DNA of 64,000 nucleotides, taken from an uncultured Bacteroidales bacterium (GTDB lineage Bacteria; Bacteroidota; Bacteroidia; Bacteroidales; ML635J-15). A model generated the notes under the pieces. It saw only the letters and a list, made by a program, of their open reading frames with translations. It made no database searches and was not told the DNA's origin. Made by a program: the position numbers and the translations under genes. How positions within the stretch are numbered: the first letter of the stretch is position 1; every line of letters starts with the position of its first letter. The DNA lies in the NCBI GenBank assembly GCA_964448235.1, contig CAYUWD010000004.1:4878-68877 (forward strand), written 5' to 3'. Shown here piece after piece: positions 1-9,476 of this stretch.

Positions 1-1
1 T

Positions 2-3000
2 GGTGGTACTGGAAGCTGGTCTGATGCTGATCACTGGGCTACAAGTAGTGGAGGAGCATATCCTTCTGGTGGAACATGTATCCCAACTAACGAAGACAAT
101 GTGTATTTTGATGCAAATTCATTTTCTAGTCCTGGAGAGATTGTAACAGTTGATGTACCAGCCATATGCAAATCAATGGATTGGACTGGTGCTACAAACA
201 ATCCTGATATATCACTAAATTGGCCAGGAGAATTCTACATATATGGATCTCTTACATTTATTCCTGGAATGACCATTAGTGGTTGGGGAGAATTCAATTT
301 TATGTCAAATAATTCTGGCAATACCATCGCAACAGGAGGCAATACATTTTCTGCAACTGTCTATTTTGATGGTGTAGGGGATTGGACACTTACAGATGCA
401 TTCAATTTTAATACATTATATTTTAACAAAGGACATCTAATAACTAATGATAATACTCTAAACGGTTCACTGTTCTATTCTCAATCTGGAGAAAATCGTC
501 AAATTGATCTAGGAAATTCAATCATCAATGTTAATTCAGCTTGGTCAATAAATGATAACTCCAATATGATTTTAAATGCAGGGACTTCCACTATAAACTT
601 AAATGGATATTCATTCATTGGAGGTGATTTTACATACAATGATTTAAATATCGCAAGTGGATCAAATGCAACAATATATAACTCAAACACATTTAATATA
701 GTAACAATTCTCAGTGGAAACATAATTCTAGAAGAAGGACAAACACAAACATTAAGTGATTTAATTGCTGCAGGAACTTGTGGAAATATAATAAATATCA
801 ATTCAAACACTGCGGGTAATACAACAAATATTTCCAAAGCAGCTGGGACAATAAATATCGACTATATTGCATTACAAGATATTGCTGCTATCGGCGGTGC
901 AACTTTCAATGCAAATAATAGTATTGATCTTGGAAATAATAGTGGATGGAATTTTACGTTCCTACCATCAACAGATTATTATTGGATAGGTGGCGGTGGA
1001 AATTGGAGTGACCCAAGTCATTGGTCTTTAGCAAGTGGTGGAGCTGCAAATCCAGGAGCTTGTATTCCAACCCAAGTAGACAATGTTTTTTTTGATAGTA
1101 ATTCAGGACTAAGCTTTCAAACAGTTACTATTGACCAAATTGCATTATGTAATGATATGGATTGGACAGGAGCCACTAATGGAAGAATGTCCGGCACAAA
1201 CATATTAAACATATATGGTTCATTAACATATAACGCATCAATGACTATATGGCATTCTGGAAATCTGTATTTCAAATCTGATAACCTAGGTAATACAATC
1301 GACTTTGCCGGAAAAACAGTCAGAGGACATACATATTTTGAAGGGTCAGGTGAATGGACATTACAAAATGATATAACCACATTAGTTAGCAATAATAAAA
1401 GCATATATTTGAATGAAGGAAGTTTAATTACAAATAATTATGATATAACAACTTATTATTTCTACTCAAATACAGATAAAGTCAGGCAACTAGATCTAGG
1501 AAATTCATTGCTAACTGTACAATATTGGTATTGCCTAAATGGAACAAATCTAACAATTACTCCCGGAACATCTACAATTGATGTTGCAACGACCTCGTAT
1601 TACGGTGGAGATCAATCGTATCATGATGTTAATATTAATTCTACTGGAAATATTTCCATTTACGGAGGAAATAACTTTAATGATTTAAATATTTCTTCTG
1701 CATCAAGTATAAGTTTTGAAGGTGGAAAAACTCAAACTTTTAACACATTAACAATCCCTTCAGGTTCAGACTGTAACAATTACTTTAATATTGGGACAAA
1801 CTCAACAGGTGTTATCGCACATTTATCAATGGCAGCAGGCACATTTAATGGCGATTGGCTAGTAATTACTGATTTAACAGCTGGTGGCGGAGGAACATTT
1901 AATGCTACAAATAGTCAAGGAATTGGTAATGTAACAGGTTGGAATATAACTTCCCCGGCTCCCGTTGATCTGTACTGGATTGGCGATGGTGGTGATTGGA
2001 ACGATCCTACTCATTGGTCACTATCATCAGGTGGAGCATCTTATGGATGTATCCCTACAAATGAAGATAATGTATTCTTTGATGCAAATTCTTTTACTTC
2101 TTCGTCTCAAATTGTTAATATTAATGTTGAAGCATATTGTAAAAACCTAGATTGGACTGGTGTAACTAACAACCCAGAGTTACAAGGATGGTCTCAAATA
2201 AATATAAACGGATCTTTAACATTTGTTTCAAATATGACGTGTACTTTTTCAGGAGTATTTAATTTTACTTCACATGGTATTGGAAATACTATAACAAGTG
2301 CCGGACATAATTTAAGCGGATTAAATTTTTCGGGTTCTGGTGATTATACGCTCATGGATAATCTAATACTTAGTTGGAATGGTATTACATTTAATAATGG
2401 AACATTAAATACAAATGATTTTGACATTGACATTACAAACGGTAGTTTTATTTCAAATTCATCTAATATTCGAACATTAAATCTCAGTTCTTCAACAATT
2501 TATGCTCAGACATGGGATATACAAGATAATACAAATCTTATATTAAATGCAGGAACATCTGAAATTTACACAACATTAAATTCATGGTTATTTAATGGTG
2601 GCGACATGACATATAATATCGTCACAATATTAAACCCAACTTGGGGAGGAATAGAACTTCATGGATCAAATACATTTAATGTATTAAATATTGAACCTGG
2701 AGCCGAAGTCATTTTCGAAGCTGGGACGACACAATCAACCACTGACTTCCAAGCAACCGGCAATATGGGTAGTTTTATTTTTATTCATACAACAATTCCT
2801 ACCACACAAGCCTTTATTAATCAAACTAGTCACGAATTCTGCAGTGATTATATGAATATTGAAGATATTAGTGTTGGATCTCAAACATTTTATGCAGGTG
2901 AAAATAGCATAGATCTTGGCAATAATTTTGGTTGGACATGGTCAGGTGTAACAGCAATCGACCAATATCCTGCTGCTTTATGTGAGGATATACAAGGTAG

Positions 3001-6000
3001 TGGGACTCATGGTGGCATTAACTTAACCTTATTAGAAGCAACTATAGATGGTGGAAATGCTTATACTCACACATGGTATAATGATGCTGGTCTTACAAAT
3101 CCAGTGATTTTACCTACAAACGTTACTGTAGCTGACGGACAAATATTCTATGACGAAGTTGATAATGGAATATGTACAAATGTTGCAGAGGTTATTTACA
3201 CTGTAATTTCCCCAACTCTTTCATTTAATGTAACAGATGTTTTATTATGTAACGGTGATAATACTGGTGCAATAGACCTTACGGTTACTGGAGCAACCCT
3301 ACCTTTAACATTCAATTGGTCAAATAGTGATACATCAGAAGACATTTCAGGTGTTATTGCTGGTTCATATACTGTTACCGTTACAGATGCAAATACTTGT
3401 ATAGCTACAGGTGGAGATGTAATAAACCAACCTGCTGCAATATCAATTGATTCTGAATCACATACAGATATCACTTGTCACGATGATAATGATGGAACTA
3501 TTACTATTACTGCTTCTGGTGGAACTGGGGCATTAAGCTATGATATTGGCGCTGGACCTCAAGGAACCGGCGATTTCTCAAGCTTAACAGGTGGAACATA
3601 TACAGTAACTGTAACAGACATTAATGCGTGCTCTGCAACAAGCACATCTATTACAATAAATAATCCTAATGCAGTTTCTATTGATTCTGAAGCATATACT
3701 GATATCACTTGTCACGATGATAATGATGGAACTATTACTATTACTGCTTCTGGAGGAACTGGCACATTAAGCTACGATATTGGCGCTGTACCTCAAGCAA
3801 CAGGAAACTTCACTAATCTATCTGCTGGATCGTATACTGTTACTGTAACGGATTTAAATACCTGTTCTCAGACTAGCAGTTCATTTACTATTAATAATCC
3901 TTCCGTTATATCAATCGATTCAGAAACATATACCGATATCACTTGTCATGATGATAATGATGGGACTATTACAATTACTGCTTCTGGTGGAACTGGCACA
4001 TTAAGCTATGATATTGGCGCTGGACCTCAAGCAACAGGAAATTTCACTAATCTTTCTGCCGGAACATATACTGTCACCGTAACAGATCTCAACTCATGCT
4101 TTGCTGTTAGTTCTGCCTTTACTATAAATAATCCTAGTGCTCTTTCTATAGTAACAGAATCATCAACAGATCCATTATGTAATAGCTCATCAGATGGCAG
4201 CGTTGTTATTGTTGCAACTGGTGGTACGGGTGCATTAAGCTATGATATTGGATTGGGATCACAAGCAGATGGAAACTTTACAGGTTTACCTTCTGGAACA
4301 TACACTGTAACCATAACCGATGTTAACACTTGTACTATAACTAGTAGCACCTTTGTAAACAACGACCCACCTGCTATTAGTATAGCTTCTGAATCATTTA
4401 CAGACGTATTGTGTAATGGAAACAATGATGGTACAATTACTGTAGCTGCTATTGGTGGTACAGGTGCTCTCAACTACGATATTGGATCAGGAAATCAAGT
4501 AACCGGACATTTCACAGATTTATTTGCAGGAGCCTATACTGTTACTGTAAGTGATGTTAACTCATGTTCTATCACATCCAGCACATTCAATTTAACAAAT
4601 CCACCTGCAATATTAATCTCAGAAACACATACTGATGTTACTACTTGTGGTGGTTCTGACGGAAGTATTGACATTACAGCATCCGGTGGAACAGGCACAT
4701 TACAATACGCATGGACAGGTCCCGAATCATTTAGTTCTAGCAGTGATGATATAAGCAGTTTAGTTGCAGGATCATATAATCTTGTAGTACAAGATTTAAA
4801 TTCATGTACAAATAGCATAAACGTTGGGATTAGTGAAATTGGGGCACCAACATTAAGTTTAGACGACCAAACCAATATTTTATGTTTTGGAGAATGCGAT
4901 GGTGATGCTACTGTTAGTGCATCCGGTGGAACAGGCACATATAGTTTTACATGGTCAAATTCGGACACAGGTCCTTTTGCAGATGAACTGTGTGCCGGAA
5001 CTTATACTGTTACAGTTGTTGATGACGCTGTATGTTCTGCAATATTAAATGTAACTATTAGTCAGCCAACAGAACTAACAGCTTCTCATGTAATAACAGA
5101 TGAAACTTGCTATAATGCCTGTGATGGAACCCTTACTGTTACTGCTAATGGAGGAACAGGGGCATTAAGCTACGATATTGGGGATGGATCTCAAATGACT
5201 GGTAATTTTAGCGCACTATGCGATGGGAACTACACTTACACTATTTCTGACGTAAATGGATGTGAATATATTGATAACGCTACAATACTACCTTATGATA
5301 TGTCTGACACTATTATTGCAACTAATCCTCTTTGCAATTTAGATTGCAATGGAATAGCAACATTAACAGCTAGTGATGGTAGTGGTATGTATTCATACTT
5401 ATGGGATAATGCACAAACTACACCAACCATTGCAGGACTTTGTGACGGATGGTATTTTGTTACAATAACTGATACAAATACTGGATGTACATTAGTAGAT
5501 TCAATAAAAATTATTGAACCTGATCCTCTATCTTTAACATTAACTTCTACTGTAGACACAGGTGTTGGTGATGGTACTGCAACAGTAAGTGTAACTGGAG
5601 GCACTCCTATTTATTACTATTTATGGGATGATCCGGGAGCACAAACAACAAGTACAGCAACAGGTCTTACTGCAGGAGATTATTCTGTGACTGTCACAGA
5701 CGATAATGGATGTACTGCTGATGATATTGTTACAGTGATACTCTCTGTTTTTGTAGATGATAATATTTATGAAACTTTAATAGAGTTCTATCCTAACCCA
5801 TCACATGGACTATTAAACTTCAACATTAGTGATTATCCAGATGATGAATTATCTGTAATCATATACACTATAAATGGCAAAGTAGTATATGACAATCAAT
5901 ACGAAATCAACAATGGTAAAATAAACAATATGATAGATTTATCAAACTATTCTAAAGGTGTCTATTTTATTAAAGTTACTTCGGAAAGTGTCAATATTAC

Positions 6001-6022
6001 TGAAAAAGTAATAATCAAATAA
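2..6022 (+). CDS. Giant T9SS-secreted repeat surface protein/adhesin, 5'-truncated by the window edge
   Basis: The frame is open from base 2. Bases 2-100 encode GGTGSWSDADHWATSSGGAYPSGGTCIPTNEDN, the same motif that opens the internal repeats near 978 and 1970, so the track start at 101 (a GTG) is internal. Three N-terminal repeats of about 330 aa are followed by 11 Cys-containing SprB/HYR-like repeats of about 78 aa (C..DG.I.I.A.GGTG.LSYDIG). The C-terminus is T9SS type-A-like (FYPNPSHGLLNF...GVYFIKV...KVIIK). Confidence 0.85.
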   Translation, partial: GGTGSWSDADHWATSSGGAYPSGGTCIPTNEDNVYFDANSFSSPGEIVTVDVPAICKSMDWTGATNNPDISLNWPGEFYIYGSLTFIPGMTISGWGEFNFMSNNSGNTIATGGNTFSATVYFDGVGDWTLTDAFNFNTLYFNKGHLITNDNTLNGSLFYSQSGENRQIDLGNSIINVNSAWSINDNSNMILNAGTSTINLNGYSFIGGDFTYNDLNIASGSNATIYNSNTFNIVTILSGNIILEEGQTQTLSDLIAAGTCGNIININSNTAGNTTNISKAAGTINIDYIALQDIAAIGGATFNANNSIDLGNNSGWNFTFLPSTDYYWIGGGGNWSDPSHWSLASGGAANPGACIPTQVDNVFFDSNSGLSFQTVTIDQIALCNDMDWTGATNGRMSGTNILNIYGSLTYNASMTIWHSGNLYFKSDNLGNTIDFAGKTVRGHTYFEGSGEWTLQNDITTLVSNNKSIYLNEGSLITNNYDITTYYFYSNTDKVRQLDLGNSLLTVQYWYCLNGTNLTITPGTSTIDVATTSYYGGDQSYHDVNINSTGNISIYGGNNFNDLNISSASSISFEGGKTQTFNTLTIPSGSDCNNYFNIGTNSTGVIAHLSMAAGTFNGDWLVITDLTAGGGGTFNATNSQGIGNVTGWNITSPAPVDLYWIGDGGDWNDPTHWSLSSGGASYGCIPTNEDNVFFDANSFTSSSQIVNINVEAYCKNLDWTGVTNNPELQGWSQININGSLTFVSNMTCTFSGVFNFTSHGIGNTITSAGHNLSGLNFSGSGDYTLMDNLILSWNGITFNNGTLNTNDFDIDITNGSFISNSSNIRTLNLSSSTIYAQTWDIQDNTNLILNAGTSEIYTTLNSWLFNGGDMTYNIVTILNPTWGGIELHGSNTFNVLNIEPGAEVIFEAGTTQSTTDFQATGNMGSFIFIHTTIPTTQAFINQTSHEFCSDYMNIEDISVGSQTFYAGENSIDLGNNFGWTWSGVTAIDQYPAALCEDIQGSGTHGGINLTLLEATIDGGNAYTHTWYNDAGLTNPVILPTNVTVADGQIFYDEVDNGICTNVAEVIYTVISPTLSFNVTDVLLCNGDNTGAIDLTVTGATLPLTFNWSNSDTSEDISGVIAGSYTVTVTDANTCIATGGDVINQPAAISIDSESHTDITCHDDNDGTITITASGGTGALSYDIGAGPQGTGDFSSLTGGTYTVTVTDINACSATSTSITINNPNAVSIDSEAYTDITCHDDNDGTITITASGGTGTLSYDIGAVPQATGNFTNLSAGSYTVTVTDLNTCSQTSSSFTINNPSVISIDSETYTDITCHDDNDGTITITASGGTGTLSYDIGAGPQATGNFTNLSAGTYTVTVTDLNSCFAVSSAFTINNPSALSIVTESSTDPLCNSSSDGSVVIVATGGTGALSYDIGLGSQADGNFTGLPSGTYTVTITDVNTCTITSSTFVNNDPPAISIASESFTDVLCNGNNDGTITVAAIGGTGALNYDIGSGNQVTGHFTDLFAGAYTVTVSDVNSCSITSSTFNLTNPPAILISETHTDVTTCGGSDGSIDITASGGTGTLQYAWTGPESFSSSSDDISSLVAGSYNLVVQDLNSCTNSINVGISEIGAPTLSLDDQTNILCFGECDGDATVSASGGTGTYSFTWSNSDTGPFADELCAGTYTVTVVDDAVCSAILNVTISQPTELTASHVITDETCYNACDGTLTVTANGGTGALSYDIGDGSQMTGNFSALCDGNYTYTISDVNGCEYIDNATILPYDMSDTIIATNPLCNLDCNGIATLTASDGSGMYSYLWDNAQTTPTIAGLCDGWYFVTITDTNTGCTLVDSIKIIEPDPLSLTLTSTVDTGVGDGTATVSVTGGTPIYYYLWDDPGAQTTSTATGLTAGDYSVTVTDDNGCTADDIVTVILSVFVDDNIYETLIEFYPNPSHGLLNFNISDYPDDELSVIIYTINGKVVYDNQYEINNGKINNMIDLSNYSKGVYFIKVTSESVNITEKVIIK
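3467..4168 (+). repeat. Three tandem 234-bp (78-aa) intragenic repeats inside the adhesin gene
   Basis: Units start at 3467, 3701 and 3935. A 53-nt stretch (gatatcacttgtcacgatgataatgatggaactattactattactgcttctgg) is identical at 3467 and 3701 and nearly identical at 3935. Confidence 0.85.
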
Positions 6023-6042
6023 AGCTTTTTTATAACAAAAAA

Positions 6043-6077
6043 AAGGCTGTCAAATAAATTTTGACAGCCTTTCTTTT
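6043..6077 (+). terminator. Rho-independent terminator of the adhesin gene
   Basis: 11-bp stem aaggctgtcaa / ttgacagcctt with a 7-nt loop, followed by tcttttg. Confidence 0.75.
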
Positions 6078-6090
6078 GTTATTGTATTTT

Positions 6091-6334
6091 ACTAAGTACA
6101 TGACAAAAAATTTTAATTGAGAAAATTAAACCTATTGATTTTTCACAAAAAGCCCGTTAGGGCTTAATATTTGTAACCCCAGACTACGAACAAGTTCTTG
6201 TCTGGGGATTACAAATGTATTTACACTATTTTTGGCGTATATCTTTGCTATAACTGAGGTACGAAGGTTTGCAAAAATTATGACAACCTTTAGCTCATGA
6301 GCTTGCGAATAAAAATTTTTGTCATGTACTGAGT
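6091..6334. repeat. MITE-like 244-bp intergenic element with terminal inverted repeats
   Basis: Left end actaagtacatgacaaaaaatttt (6091-6114) matches the reverse complement of the right end aaaaatttttgtcatgtactgagt (6311-6334). The core actNagtacatgacaaaaa matches 19 of 20. An internal 16-bp hairpin lies at 6169-6216. The right end (6292-6334) recurs perfectly, inverted, at 57114-57156. Confidence 0.55.
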
Positions 6335-6342
6335 GTATTTTA

Positions 6343-7302
6343 TTAAACTCCCTTCTTAAACAACGAATCAACAAATTCTCTTTTATTAAATACCTGAAGA
6401 TCATCTATTCCTTCACCTATACCGATATAACGAACAGGGATTTTAAATTGGTCTGATACGCCTATGACCACACCACCTTTTGCTGTTCCGTCCAGTTTAG
6501 TAACTGAAAGTGCAGTAACATCTGTTGCTTTTGTAAATTGTTTAGCTTGCTCATAAGCATTTTGGCCTGTAGAGCCATCAATAATTAGCATTACTTCGTG
6601 AGGAGCAGTGTCAATAAGTTTTTGCATTACACGCTTAATCTTTGAAAGTTCATTCATTAGATTAACTTTATTATGCAATCTTCCGGCAGTGTCAATAATA
6701 ACAACATCTGCATTAGCTTTCATCGCTGCCTGAACAGTATCATATGCAACAGAAGCGGGATCTGAGCCCATGTTTTGGCGTATCATCTGTACTCCTACTC
6801 TATCTGCCCAAATTTGTAACTGATCGATTGCTGCAGCTCTAAAAGTGTCAGCAGCACCAATAATAACCTTTTTACCAGCATTTTTATATTTATTTGCTAG
6901 TTTCCCTATAGTAGTAGTTTTTCCAACACCGTTAACCCCAACAACCATAATAACATATGGTTTATGTTCTTCTAATATTTCTTCCTCAATATATGTTTCT
7001 TTCTGATTTTCTTCAAGTAAAGATGCAATAGTACTTCGCAACAACTCATTTAATTCTTCTATACCAACATACTTTTCCTTACGTACTCTTTCTTCAATCC
7101 TTTCAATAATTCTTACAGTTGTTTCAACGCCAACATCTGATGTAATTAAAACTTCTTCAAGTTCATCCAAAACATCTGCATCTACCTTTGATTTAGCAAA
7201 AACGATTCTGTTTAATTTATCAAAAACACTAGTGCGGGTTTTCTCAAGACCTTTATCCAGTTTTTCTTTTTTATCCTTTCCAAAAAGACCAAATAGAGCC
7301 AT
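6343..7302 (-). CDS. ftsY: Signal recognition particle receptor FtsY
   Basis: SRP GTPase motifs GVNGVGKTTTIGKLA, DTAGRL and TKLDGTAKGG. The start was moved to the ATG at 7302 (MALFGLFGKDKKEKLDKGL), the typical FtsY N-terminus. Confidence 0.9.
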   Translation of the reverse strand: MALFGLFGKDKKEKLDKGLEKTRTSVFDKLNRIVFAKSKVDADVLDELEEVLITSDVGVETTVRIIERIEERVRKEKYVGIEELNELLRSTIASLLEENQKETYIEEEILEEHKPYVIMVVGVNGVGKTTTIGKLANKYKNAGKKVIIGAADTFRAAAIDQLQIWADRVGVQMIRQNMGSDPASVAYDTVQAAMKANADVVIIDTAGRLHNKVNLMNELSKIKRVMQKLIDTAPHEVMLIIDGSTGQNAYEQAKQFTKATDVTALSVTKLDGTAKGGVVIGVSDQFKIPVRYIGIGEGIDDLQVFNKREFVDSLFKKGV

Positions 7303-7421
7303 AATCTGTTTTTTTACAAACTTACATAAAGTTTTCAATTAACACAATATCCACAATCTAATAAAATACAAAAAGCACCTCTCCCATATGGATAGGTGCT
7401 TAATAATATTTTAAAAATAAT

Positions 7422-7577
7422 TTATTTTTTTGCGAAAAATTCTTTTGATAATTCTTTATCAATAATTGTTTCTTTAAACTGGTATGCACCTGTTTCAGGA
7501 GACTTAACCATCTTAATACATTTAACGATGCTACGGCCGCCTTCTTTCTTAAGTGTTGCAACTACTTTCTTTGCCAT
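7422..7577 (-). CDS. Small DUF4295-family protein (51 aa), below the ORF track cut-off
   Basis: Manual translation gives MAKKVVATLKKEGGRSIVKCIKMVKSPETGAYQFKETIIDKELSKEFFAKK*. It sits immediately downstream of rpmG, as in many Bacteroidota. Confidence 0.7.
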   Translation of the reverse strand: MAKKVVATLKKEGGRSIVKCIKMVKSPETGAYQFKETIIDKELSKEFFAKK

Positions 7578-7585
7578 AATTCAAA

Positions 7586-7774
7586 CTATTTAATTTCTTT
7601 ATGTACTGTTACCTTTTTCAAGATAGGATTATACTTCTTTAGCTCCATTCTGTCAGGAGTGTTTTTTCTGTTTTTCACAGTAATATATCTAGAAGTTCCG
7701 GGCATTCCAGAGTCCTTATGCTCAGTACATTCTAATATAACCTGAACGCGATTTCCTTTACTTTTTTTTGCCAT
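7586..7774 (-). CDS. rpmG: 50S ribosomal protein L33
   Basis: [20 protein letters not shown]...[21 protein letters not shown] is L33-like in size and sequence. Confidence 0.9.
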   Translation of the reverse strand: MAKKSKGNRVQVILECTEHKDSGMPGTSRYITVKNRKNTPDRMELKKYNPILKKVTVHKEIK

Positions 7775-7790
7775 TTTTTATCCTCCTGAT

Positions 7791-8027
7791 CTATTTAATA
7801 TATCCTTTTTCTCTTGCTTCTTTTAAAGCTACACTTAGTCCTTTTTTGGATATAGTTTTAATTCCTCTTGTTGAGACTTTTAATGTAATCCACTTTCCTG
7901 TTTCTTCATTAAAAAAACGTTTTGTATGTAAATTTACATCAAATGTTCTTTTTGTTCTACGCTTTGAGTGAGAAACATTGTTTCCAACCATTGCTGTCTT
8001 TCCTGTAATTTGACAAATTTTTGCCAT
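7791..8027 (-). CDS. rpmB: 50S ribosomal protein L28
   Basis: [33 protein letters not shown] is the typical L28 N-terminus. Confidence 0.9.
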   Translation of the reverse strand: MAKICQITGKTAMVGNNVSHSKRRTKRTFDVNLHTKRFFNEETGKWITLKVSTRGIKTISKKGLSVALKEAREKGYIK

Positions 8028-8317
8028 AACTGTATACTCTTTAATTTTTTAGGACTGCAAAAATCGTTATTTTTATTTTAATAGCAAAACTTTTTACTAT
8101 TTTTTTTTACCATTTAATCAAATTTCATGTTAATAAGTCCATAAACGACTGAAATGCAATATGTACATTGTTAATACTTAATATTAATATTTTACTCAAT
8201 ATTGACTAAATATAATAATATTCAAAAATAATTTATTTTAAGGTTTGAACTACAGCAAATAATTTTTAATTTTACAAATTAAATTTAATCTAAAATTATT
8301 TTTATAAACCAAACAAA

Positions 8318-9427
8318 GTGGAAAAAAACAATTTAGATCCTCAATTATCCGAAACGAATCAAGAAGAAATAATTTGTAGCAACTGTGCTGCAAAACTCGA
8401 ATTTGAACCAGGAACGAGCTCATTAACATGTCCATATTGTGGAACAAAAAACGAAATCGAAATTAGCGAAGATTCTATTGACGAACTTGATTTTGACAAA
8501 TATCTTCAAGAGGCAGAAACATCAAGTGATAATTTAGAAGAAGTCACAACAATTGCGTGTAATGCATGTGGAGCAATTACTACACTTGATCCAAACATAG
8601 TATCAAGCGATTGTCCCTTTTGTGGAAATAAATTAATTGTAAAAAATGAGAGTACTAGCAAACAAATAAAGCCAAAATCTATACTCCCATTTAAAATAAA
8701 ATCAAAAGAGGCCCTTCAGTCATTTAAAAAGTGGTTGAAAAAATTATGGTTTGCTCCTCCGGGTCTAAAAAAGTTTGCAACACAATCAGAAAAGATTGCA
8801 GGTATGTATATACCGTATTGGACTTATGACTCTGATACATTCACACACTATAAAGGTCAAAGGGGAGATGACTATCGCACAACAGAAACTTATACAGAAA
8901 ATGGCGAAACAAAAACCCGGACTGTCACTAAGACTCGATGGACAAACGTTCGTGGCAGCATAAAACTCTTTTTTGATGATGTTTTGGTCATTGCATCAAA
9001 ATCTTTACCAAACAAAAAAACCGACAAACTAGAACCTTGGGACTTAGAGAATTTAGTGCCTTTTGATGAAAAATTTCTTTCAGGTTTTAGAACTGAAACT
9101 TACAGTATAGGATTAAAAGACGGATTTGTTGTAGCTAAAGACAAAATGGAACCAAAAATCAGAGAGACAATAAAACACAATATTGGTGGAGATCATCAAA
9201 GAATAACATGGACATCAACATCTTACTCTAATACAACATTTAAACATACCCTTCTCCCTATTTGGATTAGTGCATATCGTTTTAAAGACAAAGTGTATCG
9301 CTTTATTGTAAATGGACGAACAGGTAAGGTTCAAGGAGAAAGGCCTTGGTGTTGGTGGAAAATAGCATTACTAATTATTGCTATACTTGGCGTAATTGGA
9401 GCAATTTATTACTTTTTTGGACAATAA
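8318..9427 (+). CDS. Double zinc-ribbon protein with a C-terminal transmembrane anchor, function unknown
   Basis: GTG start at 8318. Two CxxC-x(n)-CxxC ribbons (CSNCAAKLEFEPGTSSLTCPYCG and CNACGAITTLDPNIVSSDCPFCG), a domain of about 230 aa, and a C-terminal hydrophobic helix WKIALLIIAILGVIGAIYYFF. Confidence 0.6.
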   Translation: MEKNNLDPQLSETNQEEIICSNCAAKLEFEPGTSSLTCPYCGTKNEIEISEDSIDELDFDKYLQEAETSSDNLEEVTTIACNACGAITTLDPNIVSSDCPFCGNKLIVKNESTSKQIKPKSILPFKIKSKEALQSFKKWLKKLWFAPPGLKKFATQSEKIAGMYIPYWTYDSDTFTHYKGQRGDDYRTTETYTENGETKTRTVTKTRWTNVRGSIKLFFDDVLVIASKSLPNKKTDKLEPWDLENLVPFDEKFLSGFRTETYSIGLKDGFVVAKDKMEPKIRETIKHNIGGDHQRITWTSTSYSNTTFKHTLLPIWISAYRFKDKVYRFIVNGRTGKVQGERPWCWWKIALLIIAILGVIGAIYYFFGQ

Positions 9428-9464
9428 TAATTTAGACAATAATAATTTAGACAATAATAATTTA
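9420..9464. repeat. Perfect 15-bp x3 tandem repeat (gacaataataattta)
   Basis: Copies at 9420-9434, 9435-9449 and 9450-9464. The first copy contains the TAA stop of the zinc-ribbon gene. Confidence 0.9.
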
Positions 9465-9476
9465 AATAATATAACT

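Noticed and set aside
101-103. Track start codon of the giant adhesin
   Set aside because: It is a GTG inside an open frame that continues to the window edge and encodes a recognisable repeat motif, so it is not the true start.
6132-6404. 90-aa minus-strand ORF in the ORF track
   Set aside because: It lies inside the MITE-like element and overlaps the 3' end of ftsY. It has no recognisable motif and is best explained as a chance ORF.
9396-9476. N-terminal extension of the M49-like protein (MEQFITFLDNNNLDNNNLDNNNLNNIT)
   Set aside because: The extension overlaps the preceding gene, and its DNNNL units are simply the translated 15-bp tandem repeat. The internal ATG at 9477 gives a clean lipoprotein signal peptide.
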